A DNA stretch of 64,000 nt. Origin: Candidatus Micrarchaeota archaeon (GTDB lineage Archaea > Micrarchaeota > Micrarchaeia > Anstonellales > Bilamarchaeaceae). A program made the translations under genes and the position numbers. Of this stretch, positions 48,601 through 61,500 are shown in pieces. The notes under the pieces were generated by a model. That model was not told where the DNA came from, made no database searches, and saw only the letters and a list, made by a program, of their open reading frames with translations. The stretch lies in contig JAGMCT010000002.1 of assembly GCA_023129075.1 (NCBI GenBank), positions 67,077-131,076 on the forward strand, given 5' to 3'. The stretch's first letter is position 1; each line of letters starts with the position of its first letter.

Positions 48601-51600
48601 AAAACTCTCTGTGCTTGTAAGCCTTATCAAAAAGTCATTTCCTGTCCGCACCCTTCTCGGATAAGTCATGGTTACCTGGTTCCCTGGGCCTCCATATGTC
48701 ACAGTAATATTCTGCTCATCATATAATGTCCCATGCAGTGTTGAATCCACCCTGCATACAACATCATTTACACAATCACCATCAACACAATCCACAACTC
48801 CATCCCCATCATTATCAACATCATCATTGCATGTTGCTTCTGCAGGATTTTCGCATGCTCCTATTCCATTACAGTTTGCGTCTGCACAATCCGCATTCCC
48901 ATCATTATCATTATCCGCCCCATCAGAACAGAAATATGCATTGTTCTCATTTCCTCCAGCCACACAAATATGTGCATCGTAATCCACCAGCCATCCTACA
49001 CAATTTGTATCTCCACAATCAGTTCCCCCGCCATCAAACCTATCATAATCATTATCAAAACTATCCGCACATGAATCCCAGCTCACATTCTCTTCATCCG
49101 GGCACGGTCCGCAGTAGTCAAACTGCTGCCAGCAGTCCAAGTCATCACAGTCCGCTTTCACAGGAGGATAGGTTCCTTTATAAACATCTGTCGGCAGTGG
49201 GTCATCGTCCACCCCATTCTCACAATACGTCCAGTTCCTAAGCAGATTGTTAAAGAAAGGAGTCGCCCCAGTCGGGTCATATTCCATGTCAAGACACATC
49301 TCAAACGGATTGTTCGGATTCTGAACCCCTGTACAATTCATATCCCCGCAGTCAACCCCTCCAGATGCATTCACAATCCACGGACCACCTCCCCAAAAGT
49401 TTGCAGGATTTGTCCATTTATATGCATCCATATCATTATCCACATCATCAAAACACCATGAATCCTGAACATTTTCAACTGCAGGAACCGCCCCATCAAA
49501 CTGGCAGTCATAATCATCATAATCTCCATCATTTACGTATACAATCCCATAATACGCCAGATAAGCAGAAGGATTGTTTCCCCATCCAGGATTCGGCATC
49601 CCGCCTGCATTCCCATCATAATCATTATCAAATCCATCATTACAGGTAAGCTCTCTGCTCAATTCACAGGTATTTCCGCCTCCCATTACCGTAGTGTTGC
49701 AATCCTCATCCGGATACCTGTCGCTTCCATACCCGTAATAACCTCCCCATTCACAATCCATTCCTGCCCCATAACTATTGTTTATTGCATACCCAAATAT
49801 TCCTGCTTCCAGCCATTTATCCCAGTCATTATCTACACCATCATCACACTGCACCCCAACTTCAGTAAATATAGTAAAGTTCTGCTGGCAGAAAAACCTG
49901 CAGTCATACTCTGCATCATTATATCCACCCCCTCCCTGCAATTGACAATCCAATAAATTATACATATCATTATCAAAATTGTCATCACACGTAAGTTCTC
50001 TTCCATACTCACACCTATGATAAGGAGGAGTAGGCTCTGTCACCAAGTTGCAGTCCAAATCCCTGCAGTCCACCAAACTCAATCCTGGATTCACATGCCC
50101 CCAATTCGAATCCTCCATAGCCCAGTCATTATTATACTCATCAAAACAACTCTCATTCCCCAGCAGTTCACTTGCATAACCGCACAGCCCATAGGTAAAT
50201 GCACCAATATAATCATTCCATGCAGAAGGCCCCCAGCTTGCATTACAATCCAAATCATAACAATCATAAGAAGACTCGTAAAAACAATTCTGCTCATTCC
50301 CTGCACAGTTCAGATAATCAAAGTCTGCATTCTCAGTATCGTTGCATGAGCCCCAGTTCACCCCCTCAACCCAGATATCATCCTCATGTTCATTTGTTGA
50401 GTTCCATTTTCCCCCAGGGCTTCCCCCATAGCTCTCATTATCAAAATAAATAGGCACACTAACTGTTTCAGAATATACTGTAATCCCCTGCACATATGTC
50501 ACAGTAATATTTATCTCATACCCCTGGCTCATATCTATTGAACCCGGGTCCGCAAAACTCAAGTTGAATGTTGTATCTATCTTTGCAATCGTCTGGTCAT
50601 TGTCAAATGATTTTAGTATAACCTCATTCTGCCTTGTGTTCGCAGGCCCAAGAGAATCTGTTAATATAGGATTACTATTCTTATCAATAAAATAAAGCAG
50701 TTTCCCTTCATTTGCTGTCGCTCCCGGCGCATACTTATTAACCTGCTCAATATCCGGGAACCCCTCAACATTTACTGTTGTAAGATAACTATTTCCTGCA
50801 TTTATCTGCCATGCCCTAATTCTCATCTTGAATGTTCCGTCCGGCATTGAATGCATAGTATACCATATATTAGTGCTGAATGTTACTGCAGTGCTCTGCT
50901 CCTTTCCAATATCCCCAGCAGGTATATTTACAGCCAGCGTTCCATGCGAACCCGAAGGAGAATAATACAAACTTGAATTAGCAAATGCCTGTTTCACCAA
51001 ACAAGAATATGTAATCCCCCTGCAGTCCGAATCAAAGCAGTCCACAAAGGTATCATCCTCAGCAAAATCCGCAAACCCAGGCGCCCCAATTGCAGAATCT
51101 ACCCCATCATTGCACCATTCCTCCACAGAAATCCCATTATATTTTGTAACAGAATAGGTAACATCCCCAGGCCCATCCGCCTTTACAGTATTCCTAAAAT
51201 ACTGCGCCTCAATACTCTTTCCGTTGAATGCATTTGCTATATCCGCAGAGCTCCAGTTCAAAGGATGCACATGTATTCTCCAGTTTGTCTTATAGCTCTC
51301 TTTTACTGTTCCCCCTCCATCTATTACCTCGCATTTATCTATCTCCCACGGCACATAAATAGAGGTATTCCCTCCCATGCTTGTATTTATGGAATCCGTT
51401 ATCTGCAGGGAATAATTAAGCGAAACATTCTCACTATTTATCCCCCCCGCCCCAATGGTTCTGTTCAGGAAAAATCTTGTGCAGCTGCTGTTGTAAGGAT
51501 GGTCCCCGCAGTCCGACTGATTTATCCAGCATCCAACTTTATCCCCGGCATTCGCAGTCATATTTTCCAATATAATAGTAAAATTATACTTCAACCCTTC

Positions 51601-52335
51601 TCCAGTATGCGGGTCCCCTGCATCATATGCATAATAAACTCCCTCAGGAAATGTTGTATTCTTTTCTATACATTCATACTGAACATCTGCAAAGAGCCAG
51701 TAATCCACTGTCTGCCCTGCAAGGCTTCCATTCACCGGAAGTATGAGCTGGTAATCGCTTGTTGTTCCGTTCCAATCCGGCTTATCATCCTCATATGTTG
51801 CAGAAAGCACAAACCTATTTTCTGCATCCTGTAGATATCCTGCCCTGAAAATACCTGGTTTGGTATATGCAGAGGGAACATTACTCACTTCCCCAAAGCT
51901 GAAATTAAATGTTGAGACAAAAGTAAATGTATTGCTCGCATTATCCGCATCTGTTCCCGCGTTCATAAAAGCATTAAGTGCAATGAGATTTCCTGCACTA
52001 AAAGGAGTTGCTGCACTGCTTTCATTTACTGCATAGATAGTAACATTAATTATATTATAACCTGTTATTACGCCCCCGACCGCAGGACAATCCGGCTCTT
52101 TTGCCGTCACATCCAAATAGGTTATGTTCTCTCCTTCAGCCAGCACATGATAGTAATCCGGCCCACCACCTATTGAGATATTCCCATAAAAACCAGCCCA
52201 TCTCTGCGTAGTATCATTTCCCTGAAGGTTTACTGCAGTTATATTTCCCCCCTCAGTCAAATCTACATTCGCCCCATAAAGTAGAGAACAGAGCAGCACA
52301 AACACCAATACAAATCGCATGCCTGCATATTGCAT
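45619..52335 (-). CDS. Giant (2238 aa) membrane-anchored Cys/Asp-rich surface protein
   Basis: Signal peptide, N-terminal WAGFYGN domain, ~11 C-x-D-x-x-D-N-D...D-C-x-D-x-D-C repeats, Ig/CARDB-like domains, small Cys-rich repeats, and 3 C-terminal hydrophobic helices. Confidence 0.88.
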   Translation of the reverse strand: MQYAGMRFVLVFVLLCSLLYGANVDLTEGGNITAVNLQGNDTTQRWAGFYGNISIGGGPDYYHVLAEGENITYLDVTAKEPDCPAVGGVITGYNIINVTIYAVNESSAATPFSAGNLIALNAFMNAGTDADNASNTFTFVSTFNFSFGEVSNVPSAYTKPGIFRAGYLQDAENRFVLSATYEDDKPDWNGTTSDYQLILPVNGSLAGQTVDYWLFADVQYECIEKNTTFPEGVYYAYDAGDPHTGEGLKYNFTIILENMTANAGDKVGCWINQSDCGDHPYNSSCTRFFLNRTIGAGGINSENVSLNYSLQITDSINTSMGGNTSIYVPWEIDKCEVIDGGGTVKESYKTNWRIHVHPLNWSSADIANAFNGKSIEAQYFRNTVKADGPGDVTYSVTKYNGISVEEWCNDGVDSAIGAPGFADFAEDDTFVDCFDSDCRGITYSCLVKQAFANSSLYYSPSGSHGTLAVNIPAGDIGKEQSTAVTFSTNIWYTMHSMPDGTFKMRIRAWQINAGNSYLTTVNVEGFPDIEQVNKYAPGATANEGKLLYFIDKNSNPILTDSLGPANTRQNEVILKSFDNDQTIAKIDTTFNLSFADPGSIDMSQGYEINITVTYVQGITVYSETVSVPIYFDNESYGGSPGGKWNSTNEHEDDIWVEGVNWGSCNDTENADFDYLNCAGNEQNCFYESSYDCYDLDCNASWGPSAWNDYIGAFTYGLCGYASELLGNESCFDEYNNDWAMEDSNWGHVNPGLSLVDCRDLDCNLVTEPTPPYHRCEYGRELTCDDNFDNDMYNLLDCQLQGGGGYNDAEYDCRFFCQQNFTIFTEVGVQCDDGVDNDWDKWLEAGIFGYAINNSYGAGMDCEWGGYYGYGSDRYPDEDCNTTVMGGGNTCELSRELTCNDGFDNDYDGNAGGMPNPGWGNNPSAYLAYYGIVYVNDGDYDDYDCQFDGAVPAVENVQDSWCFDDVDNDMDAYKWTNPANFWGGGPWIVNASGGVDCGDMNCTGVQNPNNPFEMCLDMEYDPTGATPFFNNLLRNWTYCENGVDDDPLPTDVYKGTYPPVKADCDDLDCWQQFDYCGPCPDEENVSWDSCADSFDNDYDRFDGGGTDCGDTNCVGWLVDYDAHICVAGGNENNAYFCSDGADNDNDGNADCADANCNGIGACENPAEATCNDDVDNDGDGVVDCVDGDCVNDVVCRVDSTLHGTLYDEQNITVTYGGPGNQVTMTYPRRVRTGNDFLIRLTSTESFDQVKMFIGNKNGFGLSHGQGLNLAGMTKEGPDAGIFETFSYEDNAGQAVIKLWDDDHLGTTYNGFDVTIRIPTTSAYSYADVGSYKKFEYSHSINPGGATSENFPYYLILDDDAPNITRIVTEPGVKDEIVYNGAVWMGVLANDSDTANTNFHDGEIYGCYYNATGPGGYSIGETYDSNCKFNIGSMVDDGTYYVSVRARDPAGNYGLMNTTSFVVDLKPAYVSGSFSLSDVWYNISDTIDVSAQFRTDDSTVIANCQVYYKKSGGVDQLAGNLPAVVVGTDRVECSGTINAPAQDEMYELYINVTDAEGDEVSSASKVFFLCANLTAQGTGTNGEKWTCLFADMDDDGYKDSCDIPLSVRILTVYPDENMGTRDYERDTPINITIENSDVQDFIITYENSSEVVIRWYVDGAEYNETSGTNDTSTYAWNVDGLALQEYEIVVVLETLYEEVNQTWYVTLEEAGGEEDHKKKHKIEIISAEPEEGIIYKNTLVAVVIENTGNYDEKDIFVELVTPPSITGSDGLIQEIEKKESGEIALGVYPTELGEYLIKVLADNGRADDYYEFYFEVIPQCYNDSDCAEDEFCNGIICEEKRELEEDCERNAMCKSNLCDEVCIECEENGDCEWNEYCNEGMCIEIDCACGIILNHDCREYECCEGIPGYECKETEFCINNSCVPKEMDLKIIEGELIEGKTVIMEIINNRGEPVPFAHVYNEDTDTYAGEGGIARVIISYKGEIIVEKENYLDLKKIFEIIRKGFVQTEDEIYLNERTWIVIVDSKGNPIPNAVVVINRVGYTFEKEGAYITLDEYGGYIVTDEAGKLETAKICTGPMCLGKVEYQTNEKGEIYLTFSEPGEYLVQAHKDGYAIMDEGLSIGEFERMCSGPLCLGLYNIPKSSAWILWTAMVILFILNLHLLGRKYKKKKGRMLGIGILFIPILFSLPFLFGWSLYGNWLAGNIFNPCSMLDVEIIFFMVLLLWRKKKKELKGEKKKRKS

Positions 52336-52542
52336 AAATTCATTTAAACTAAGTCTCTTAAAAAAGGTTTCTAAAACACATTTTCATATTAAATAACAAA
52401 TAATTTAACAGCAAATAATTTATTTTGGAATTCATTTTAATAGAATATTAGTTCTATTTTATGTGTTTATACTGCTCTTTCTTATCTTTCCCAACAATAA
52501 ATAACCCTAACCTTTAAAACGCCCCTTGATATTACTTTAGTG

Positions 52543-55500
52543 ATGTTGGGTTCGAAAAGTGGCTTAGGATTAGCACTATTGCTATTCATTCTTGCTTTAC
52601 TCCAACCAATCTCCGACACCACTTTCACAAAAACAATAAACATTTCCTACTTCGAGAGTATGGAATCTGATTTCTCTAATCTGCAGGTTTTTTCGATTTC
52701 CGACGAAGGCGCAGAACCCCTTGTTTATACTATTCTGGAGTATTCCCCAGGAGAATGGGCGCTCCTGGAAATTTCAATCCCTTATGACAGCGAAAGATTA
52801 CTTTTCACCCATTTCTTACTGGATAATTACGAGCCGGTAACCATCAGCGGAAAAGAAGTAAAATACTATTTTGAGAAAATAAATGGAGCTGGATACATAA
52901 GATTAAAGGATTCTTTTATAGAAAACATCACGATCCACAATATCTCCGCTTCCTCAAACATAGAGATATTCAAAGACATTATTGTTTCCAATGATGAGCT
53001 TGAAAACCTAAGAGCATTTTCCTTTAACCCAAAGAATATAGAATCCGCAGAGATATCTATAATTGCAAAAGGTTATTTCCTTTTCAAATGCAAAGACTGG
53101 AATTACACCACCCAGTCCTGCCAAGGAGAATGGGAATACCAGTTCCCCATAACCCCTGGAAAACCCTACACAATCCACCTCAATTCTTTAGACCCCGGCT
53201 ATGCTGAATCAGGCCCGTTCATTGCTTTTGACGACCGCGGTCTAACCGTAACCTCCAATGTTTATTCTTCAGATAATGTTTATGCAAACAAAAAGGCCAG
53301 TATTAGTTATTGGGTAAACGGCACTTGGAACATGGACATTCTTGGAGACCTAAACAGCGCCAACTTCAAATGTGAATTAAAGGTAGATTTAGCAGCCTTA
53401 GGAACCCTTTACCATGAATGGTTCAACTCTTCCTCTTCTTCCTGGAAAACAATCTGCACAAAATCAACCACTATTCAAATTACAGATACCACTCATAGTT
53501 GTGATGTTTCTTCTGATTTGAATACATCTGAATCCTCCCATACTCTGAGATGCAGGATTGCTTTCCTTCTTTTAAAAGATATTTCAATAGATTATATTTC
53601 TCTTGATTCTGATTTCCAATGTGTAAACCTCTCCAATCCCTCAACCTATCAAAACAGAGTAGTAAACATGAGCGGAATCTACTACATAAACGATAACGTA
53701 ATCCTATGCACAGATAATTATTCAACCACTGATGATTTAATCCGAATAAATGCTTCTTCCATTACTTTAGATTGCGGAGGTTCAACATTAGATGGAGATG
53801 ATGCGGGGAGTGATTACGGGATAGATACACAGCAGAATAATTACTTAGAAATAAAAAATTGCATAATTACTGATTTCAGAAGCGGTATTTACACAGATGC
53901 TAATTACAGTAATTTCACCAACAACACTGTTTATTCTAATATTGAAGGTTTTTCTGTTGTATCCTCTTCAAACAACAGTTTCACAAACAATACTGCACAT
54001 AATAACCTTAAATGCGGTTTTTCCCTCTCATCATCCTTAAACAACACTCTCACAAACAATACGGCCAATTCCAATCAGGATGGTTTTCACCTTCAATCCT
54101 CCTCTATTTACAATACTCTCATAAACAACACAGCGCAGGAAAATCTTGGATGTGATTTAGTAATTGCAATTTCCACAGCAGGAGACTGCAACAATCTTAT
54201 TGAGAATAATACTGGTTCTGGCGGCAGGCCAATTTTGTACGCAAATGAATCAGTCACATGGAGCAATTTAGAAGCATCAGAGGTTATTCTATGCAATGCA
54301 GATTATTCAGTCATCACTAATGTAACTGTAAAGGGTTCTGATGCTTTAGATAACAATTATTTCTTACTCTACCATTCAGATAACCTTTCAATATCCGATT
54401 CAAGCTCCGTAAATAATCTTTATGGTTTTTACGCTAGTTATTGCTCGCATAACAATTTCACCAATAATACTGCCAATTCAAACAATAATTATGGCTTCTA
54501 CATTCGCTACGGTTCTAATAATGCTTTCACTAATAATACAGCCAATTACAATAATTATGGCTTCTATATTCGTTCTTCACCCAGCAACATTTTCACAAAT
54601 AATACTGCTGATTCAAATGATAACTATGGCATTTACCTTTATTCTACCTCCGACAATAAGCTGACTAATAACACTGCCAGCATGAACGGTCGGTGTGGTT
54701 TTACCCTTTACTCCTCTTCAAACTATAATACCCTGGCTAGCAACACTGTTAGCTCAAATGAAAGGTCTGGTTTCTATTTTTACTCTTCCTCAGGCAATAA
54801 TATATCCAACTCAATAATTATAAACAACTCACAGCGTGGAATGCACCTGTACGGAAATTCAGATAATAATACATTTGAAAATATAACACTACATGGTAAT
54901 GCCCAGTCTTCTTCTTATTATGAGATTTACTTTGACCGCAGCGGAGTAATTTACCCAGAATACAATACCTTTACAGATATAAAACTCTACAATTCCACAA
55001 GATACATTGGATTTGACGACCAAACCCATACAAACCAAAACAACTTCACCAACCTTTCCATATGCTACAATTCCACAATAGGCTGCATAAATTGGGACTT
55101 CCTTAATCTCACTTATGCAAACCTTGCAAATGCAACAACAATAATCCTTGACCCAGAATTCATTTCCCTAAACACCTCAAACACAGGAGCAGCCCAATTC
55201 AATTCCTCTGCAAACATAACTATTTATGCTGAGGACTGCGCACACCCAATTTACAAAGCTTCAAATTTTCCAGATTCAAGAGATTCAATTCTCTCTTCCG
55301 GCTCTAAAGTTAACCCCATATACAATACCTGTTCAAATAATATTGCAGTATTTTCCACAGTAAATGATTTCTCAGGATATACAAAAGGATATGTTGGCTG
55401 TGTAAACCTTTCCAATCCCTCAACCTACCAAAACAAAGTAGTAAACATGAGTGGAATCTATTACATAAATGATAATGTAACCCTATGCACAGATAATTAT

Positions 55501-58500
55501 TCAACAACTGATGATTTAATCCGAATAAACGCCTCTTCTATTACTTTAGACTGCAACGGTTCAACATTAGATGGAGATGATGCAGGGGATGATTATGGAA
55601 TAGATACACAAGGAAATGATTACCTGGAGATAAAAAATTGCATAATTACTGATTTTGAAAGTGCAATATCTGCAACAGGCACAACCTACAGCAATTTCAC
55701 CAATAACACAGCCATTTCAAATACTGATGGTTTTATTGCTTCTTCTTTTAATTTTAATATTCTCTTAAACAATACCGCTACTTCAAACACAAAACATGGT
55801 TTCCACATTTCTTCTTCTTCCAATAATATTTTCACCAACAACACAGCCCAGCATAATGGCTATGGTTTCGGCATCTATACCACATCCGAGTATAATACCT
55901 TCACTAACAACATAGCTTATAGCAATAATGCTGGCGGTTTTTATCTTCGCACTTCAACCTACAGCATTTTCACTAACAACACAGCCAGTTCAAATAGTAA
56001 TGGTTTTTATTTTTACTCATCTTCAAGCAATAATATATCCAACTCAATAATTATAAACAATTTAAATCGTGGAATATACCTGTACAGAAATTCAGATAAT
56101 AATACATTTGAAAATATAACACTACATGGCAATGCCCAATCTTCTTCTTATGAGATTTACTTTGACCGCAATCTTGCGGATTATCCTGAACACAACACCT
56201 TTACAGATATAAAACTCTACAATTCCACAAGATACATTGGATTTGACGACCAAACCCATACAAACCAAAATAATTTCACCAACCTTTCCATATGCTACAA
56301 TTCCACAATAGGCTGCATAAATTGGGACTTCCTCAACCTCACTTATGCAAACCTTGCAAATGCAACAACAATCATCCTTGACCCAGAATTCATTTCCCTA
56401 AACACCTCAAATGCCGGAGCAGTCCAGTTCAATTCCTCTGCAAACATAACCGTAGAGGTCGTTTCCTGCATAAAACCTGCCGAATTCATAATAAGAAGAT
56501 TAACAGAATTCCCGCAAAGCAAAAACATCATACTGACCAGCGGGCAGGATTATGATCCAACATCTATATCCTGCCCTTCTTCCACATCCATTAAGTTCAA
56601 TATTTCTTCCTTCTCAGGCTTTGCTCCATTGAAAGCAGGAATCACAGATTGCTATACCATAGCTCATCCCGGAGACTACTGGATAGTAGATGACATAGAC
56701 GCAAGCTCTGTAAATGAAGTTTCTGCACGCGCCTGCATAAATATATCTTCAAGTAATGTCAACCTCAACCTCAACGGCTTCTCAATAGCAAACGGTTCAA
56801 ACATAAGCGGCATCTTTGCAAACGGTTCAAGCTCATATCAGTATACTAATATAACCATCCGTGATGGAACAGTAACGAACTTCACCCACAACAGCACCAT
56901 CGGCCCGGCATATATCGGAGGAATCATATTTACTTATATAGAGAATTCAAGTCTCTCAAACCTATCAGTAAGCTATGCTTCAAAACAAACCCCTGCAAAG
57001 GTTTCCACATATGGAATATTCTTTGATGGGAGCTCTTATAACTCCATTCTCAACCTTACGGTGCACAACAACGAACAAAATGGAATTAGAATTGAATCCT
57101 ATTCAAACTACAATAATTTCTCAGATATAATATCCTTAAGTAACATAGGGACTGGAATCCGAATCTCCTCAAGCCTAAACAACAGAATAGACCAAAGCAC
57201 CATATACAGCAATTCAGGAAGAGGAATCCATCTAGACTCCTCAAATTACACCATGGTCTTAGATACCCTTACTTATGATAACAGCTATGGCATCTCCTTA
57301 ACCTCAACCTCAAACAACACCCTCACCAACATCACCAGCCACACTAATTCCAACGGCGGTTTTTACTCTTCTGCAAGCTCCGGAAACAACATAACAAATA
57401 TACTATCCTACAACAATACCCAAGAGGGTTTCTTCATCACAACCTCCCATTTCAATAAATTGGAAAACATAACAACCTACACTAATTCCAGAAGAGGTTT
57501 AGTGCTTTTTTTGAGTAATTACAACACTCTTGAAAATATCACTACATACAATAACCCCTGGTACGGCATTTTTATCTCTTCTGCCTCCAACAACAACCTC
57601 ATCAACATTACCTCCTATAACAATTCCCAACACAGCCTTTACATATACGCAAATTCAGACAATAATATATTCACAGATTTAACATTCTATGAGGATGGGA
57701 AATCTCCTTCCTATTATGAGGTTTACTTTGGCCGCAATGGAGTAATTTACCCGGAATACAATACCTTTACAGATATAAAACTCTACAATTCCACAAGATA
57801 CATTGGATTTGACGACCAAACCCATACAAACCAAAATAATTTCACCAACCTTTCCATATGCTACAATTCCACAATAGGCTGCATAAATTGGGACTTCCTC
57901 AACCTCACTTATGCAAACCTTGCAAATGCAACAACAATAATCCTTGACCCAGAATTCATTTCCCTAAACACCTCAAATGCCGGAGCAGTCCAGTTCAATT
58001 CCTCTGCAAACATAACTATTTATGCTGAGGACTGCGCACACCCAATTTACAAAGCCTCAAATTTCCCAGATTCAAGAGATTTAATTCTCTCTTCCGGCTC
58101 TAAAGTTAACCCCATATACAATACCTGTTCAAATAATATTGCAGTATTTTCCACAGTAAATGATTTCTCAGGATATACAAAAGGATATGCTGGCTGTGTA
58201 AACCTTTCCAATCCCTCAACCTATCAAAACAAAGTAGTAAACATGAGCGGAATCTATTACATAAATAATGACGTAATTCTATGCACAGATAATTATTCAA
58301 CAACTGATGATTTAATCCGAATAAACGCCTCTTTCATTACATTGGACTGCAATGATTCTATTCTTGATGGAGATAATGCAGGGGGTGATGAGGGTATAAA
58401 CACACAACAGAATAATTACTTAGAAATAAAAAATTGCATAATTACTGATTTTGAAAGAGGCATATATCTATTTAATTCTACATACAATAGAATAGACAAT

Positions 58501-61500
58501 AACAATATTAGTAATTGTATTAATGCCGGAATACTAATTTCAAAGTCTTCTAATAATACCAATATAACAAATAATTTTATAACTAATACTGGCGGGGATG
58601 CAATCAAAATCGATAATTCCATATATAACTGGGTCTATAACAATACTTTAAGTAATAGTAATGGAATGGGAGTAAATTGTCTGATTTCTCCATATACAAC
58701 TATTGAACAAAACACAATCAGCATCAGCCAAATAAACGGGATATGCATAGAAAATACTTCTTATATTAATGTGATTAATAATAATATTTCAGATTCAGGA
58801 TATTTGGATATTGTAGTTGCTTATGCTCATTATAATAACATAACTTCTAATGAAATTCATAGTTTAAACGACCCCGGAGTGTTTGGAGGAATAGTCATTA
58901 CTGCACAAAGTGAGAATAATACAATAGAAAACAATGTACTTAGTGGGGATTCTACTGAAAATGGAATTGCTTTAAGTAATACTAATTATCCTACTGAGCC
59001 GCAATATCTGAAAGATTTGGGTTCTGCAAATGTTCATAACAATATCATCAATAATACAATTACTAATTACAAGAAAGGGATTTATGTTTTCAATTCCACG
59101 TTCAATACCTTCATCAGCAATAAGGTAAGCTTGAACAACGACACTGGATTTTATCTCAATATCAGTCATAATAATTCAATCTATGATAATTATTTCGCTG
59201 ACAATAATAAAAGTGTCTTTGACAACGGAAACAACTCCTGGAATACTACATACAATTGTACAGGCCCGGCGAATATAATCGGAGGCTCCTGTAGAGGCGG
59301 TAATTTCTATTCAGATTACAGCGGAATGGACAACGGAATGTCCCTTGAGCCAGGCCACAACTATTCACTGGATGGAATAGGCGACCAACCACTAAATTAT
59401 ACAATTTTAGGGGGAAGCGCAGTTGATAACTTACCCCTATCAAATAATGCTTCTCTGTATTATCTGCATAAGTGCCGTGCGACGAGTTTTTGTGATGAGG
59501 GAACCTTGTCCCTCTCGCCTCTAACATCAGAACTGGAAGTGGCGCTTTGCAGTAATTTTGTGTCATTTAGAATGAGGGAGCCAGCACTTGAAAATACCAC
59601 AATTTATATTTCAAATATATATTATCACACTTGGTTCAGAGGATACAATAACAGCAATATATCCGTGGGTTGGCAGAAATATTATAATTGGAGCAATCAG
59701 ACAGATGCCTACTTTTACCCTACTGATAAACTTGTCTCTGAGTATCTTGGCTTTCATTTGTTATCGCACATTCAATCAGCCAATATTTCATATGCCAATC
59801 CTGGCGAGATAAATGGCAATTTTGCTATCAAATGGGCGAGGTATGAATATTCCCCAATAATATGGTCAAGGTATGACAGGCCTTCTTATATTATGCTTAA
59901 TTTGCCAAGCATTGCTGTTTTGCAAAATGGGGACTCAGATGGTGATGGTTTATCGAACTATGAGGAATTAATGAATGGAACTAATCCAGTAAGCAATGAC
60001 ACTGATAGTGATGGGTTAAGCGATTATAATGAGACTCACTGGGTGACTGACCCGAATAATCCAGATGTGGATAATGATGGCTTGGTTGACGGCTCTGACC
60101 CAATGCCATGTGATACACGATATAATACTACATATAATATGTCGGCAGAAAACGGAATTGTTGAAGTAACATGCAATGCTTCAAATTCTGGTTACATTTT
60201 CCAAGATTTGAATGTAGATAATGGCGACGACTTCACGATTAGAAACTGCAGGATATTATTTAATAGCACTGATAATTCACTTGGAGATCCAAGAGGTATA
60301 ACAGTGCTGAACGGCGGACGATTGCAGATTTATAACTCAACTATAGAAACTTACAATAGAACATATTCTTGGTTGTTTGAAGTAAATGGAACGACAACGC
60401 TGGAAGATTCCACATTATTTGAAATGGTAACGATTGGCCTCCATGATAGCTCAACTTCTATTGTTAATAATTGCACGATGGCAACATGGTCTGGAGATAA
60501 TATAATTAATGGAAAGGATGGTGGTAATGACATTATAACAAATAACACATTTATGTATTGCTCTAATGAAGGCACAGGATACCCACATAGGATAATTACA
60601 CTTAGTGACACCTATAACATTACTATTTCAAACAATAACTTTTTAGTGTCCTGCGGGAGTATTGGCGGAATTCAAATATCTGACAATTCACATGATAATA
60701 AAATTATAAACAACGTTGTGCAGAACACTGTTTGTTTTCTTGATGGACCTCATGCTAATAGTAATCTAAGTGATAACACAATAGCATATAACAACGTGTC
60801 AACCAGTCTTCTCGGTGCAGTAATATTATGGGGCGATAATACTAAAAGCAGAATAATTGGCAATAGACTTTCCGGAAGGATAGAAGCGAACTTTGCTGAT
60901 GATGCGGTTATAGAAAATAACACAATATATCATGATGGCACCTTCAATTATCGCGGGGTAACACTGGATCAGAGTGACAATGCCACCATTGTTGGCAATC
61001 ACATCTATGACAGAGATATCGCTATTATGGTTACTGAAAGCACCAACATGAACATAAAAAATAATAGAATTCATAATAATACGCAGCATGGTATTTATGT
61101 CTGGGATATAGATAACAGCTCGGTTACGAACAATACAATTCATAATAGCTCGATGGCAGGAATCTTTCTCAATGCAAGTTCCAATAACATCATCACTAAT
61201 AATAATATATCCCTAAATGAAGAAGATGGCATCTCGCTTATTAATAGTTCTTACAATAACATCACAGAAAATACACTCTTTGATAATTCAGATAATGGAA
61301 TAATACTTGAGGAAGAATCAGAGCATAACCTAATACAAAACAATGCAGTGAATGAATCAACCGTGGCCAATGTCATTATTGTAGGCAGCAACTATAATAA
61401 TATAATTAGTAATAATCTCTCTAACGCTAAAGTTGCTGAGATGATTGTAATATTCTCTGGGTGGATTACTATATCTGATAATGAGCTAGTTAGTTCTTCT

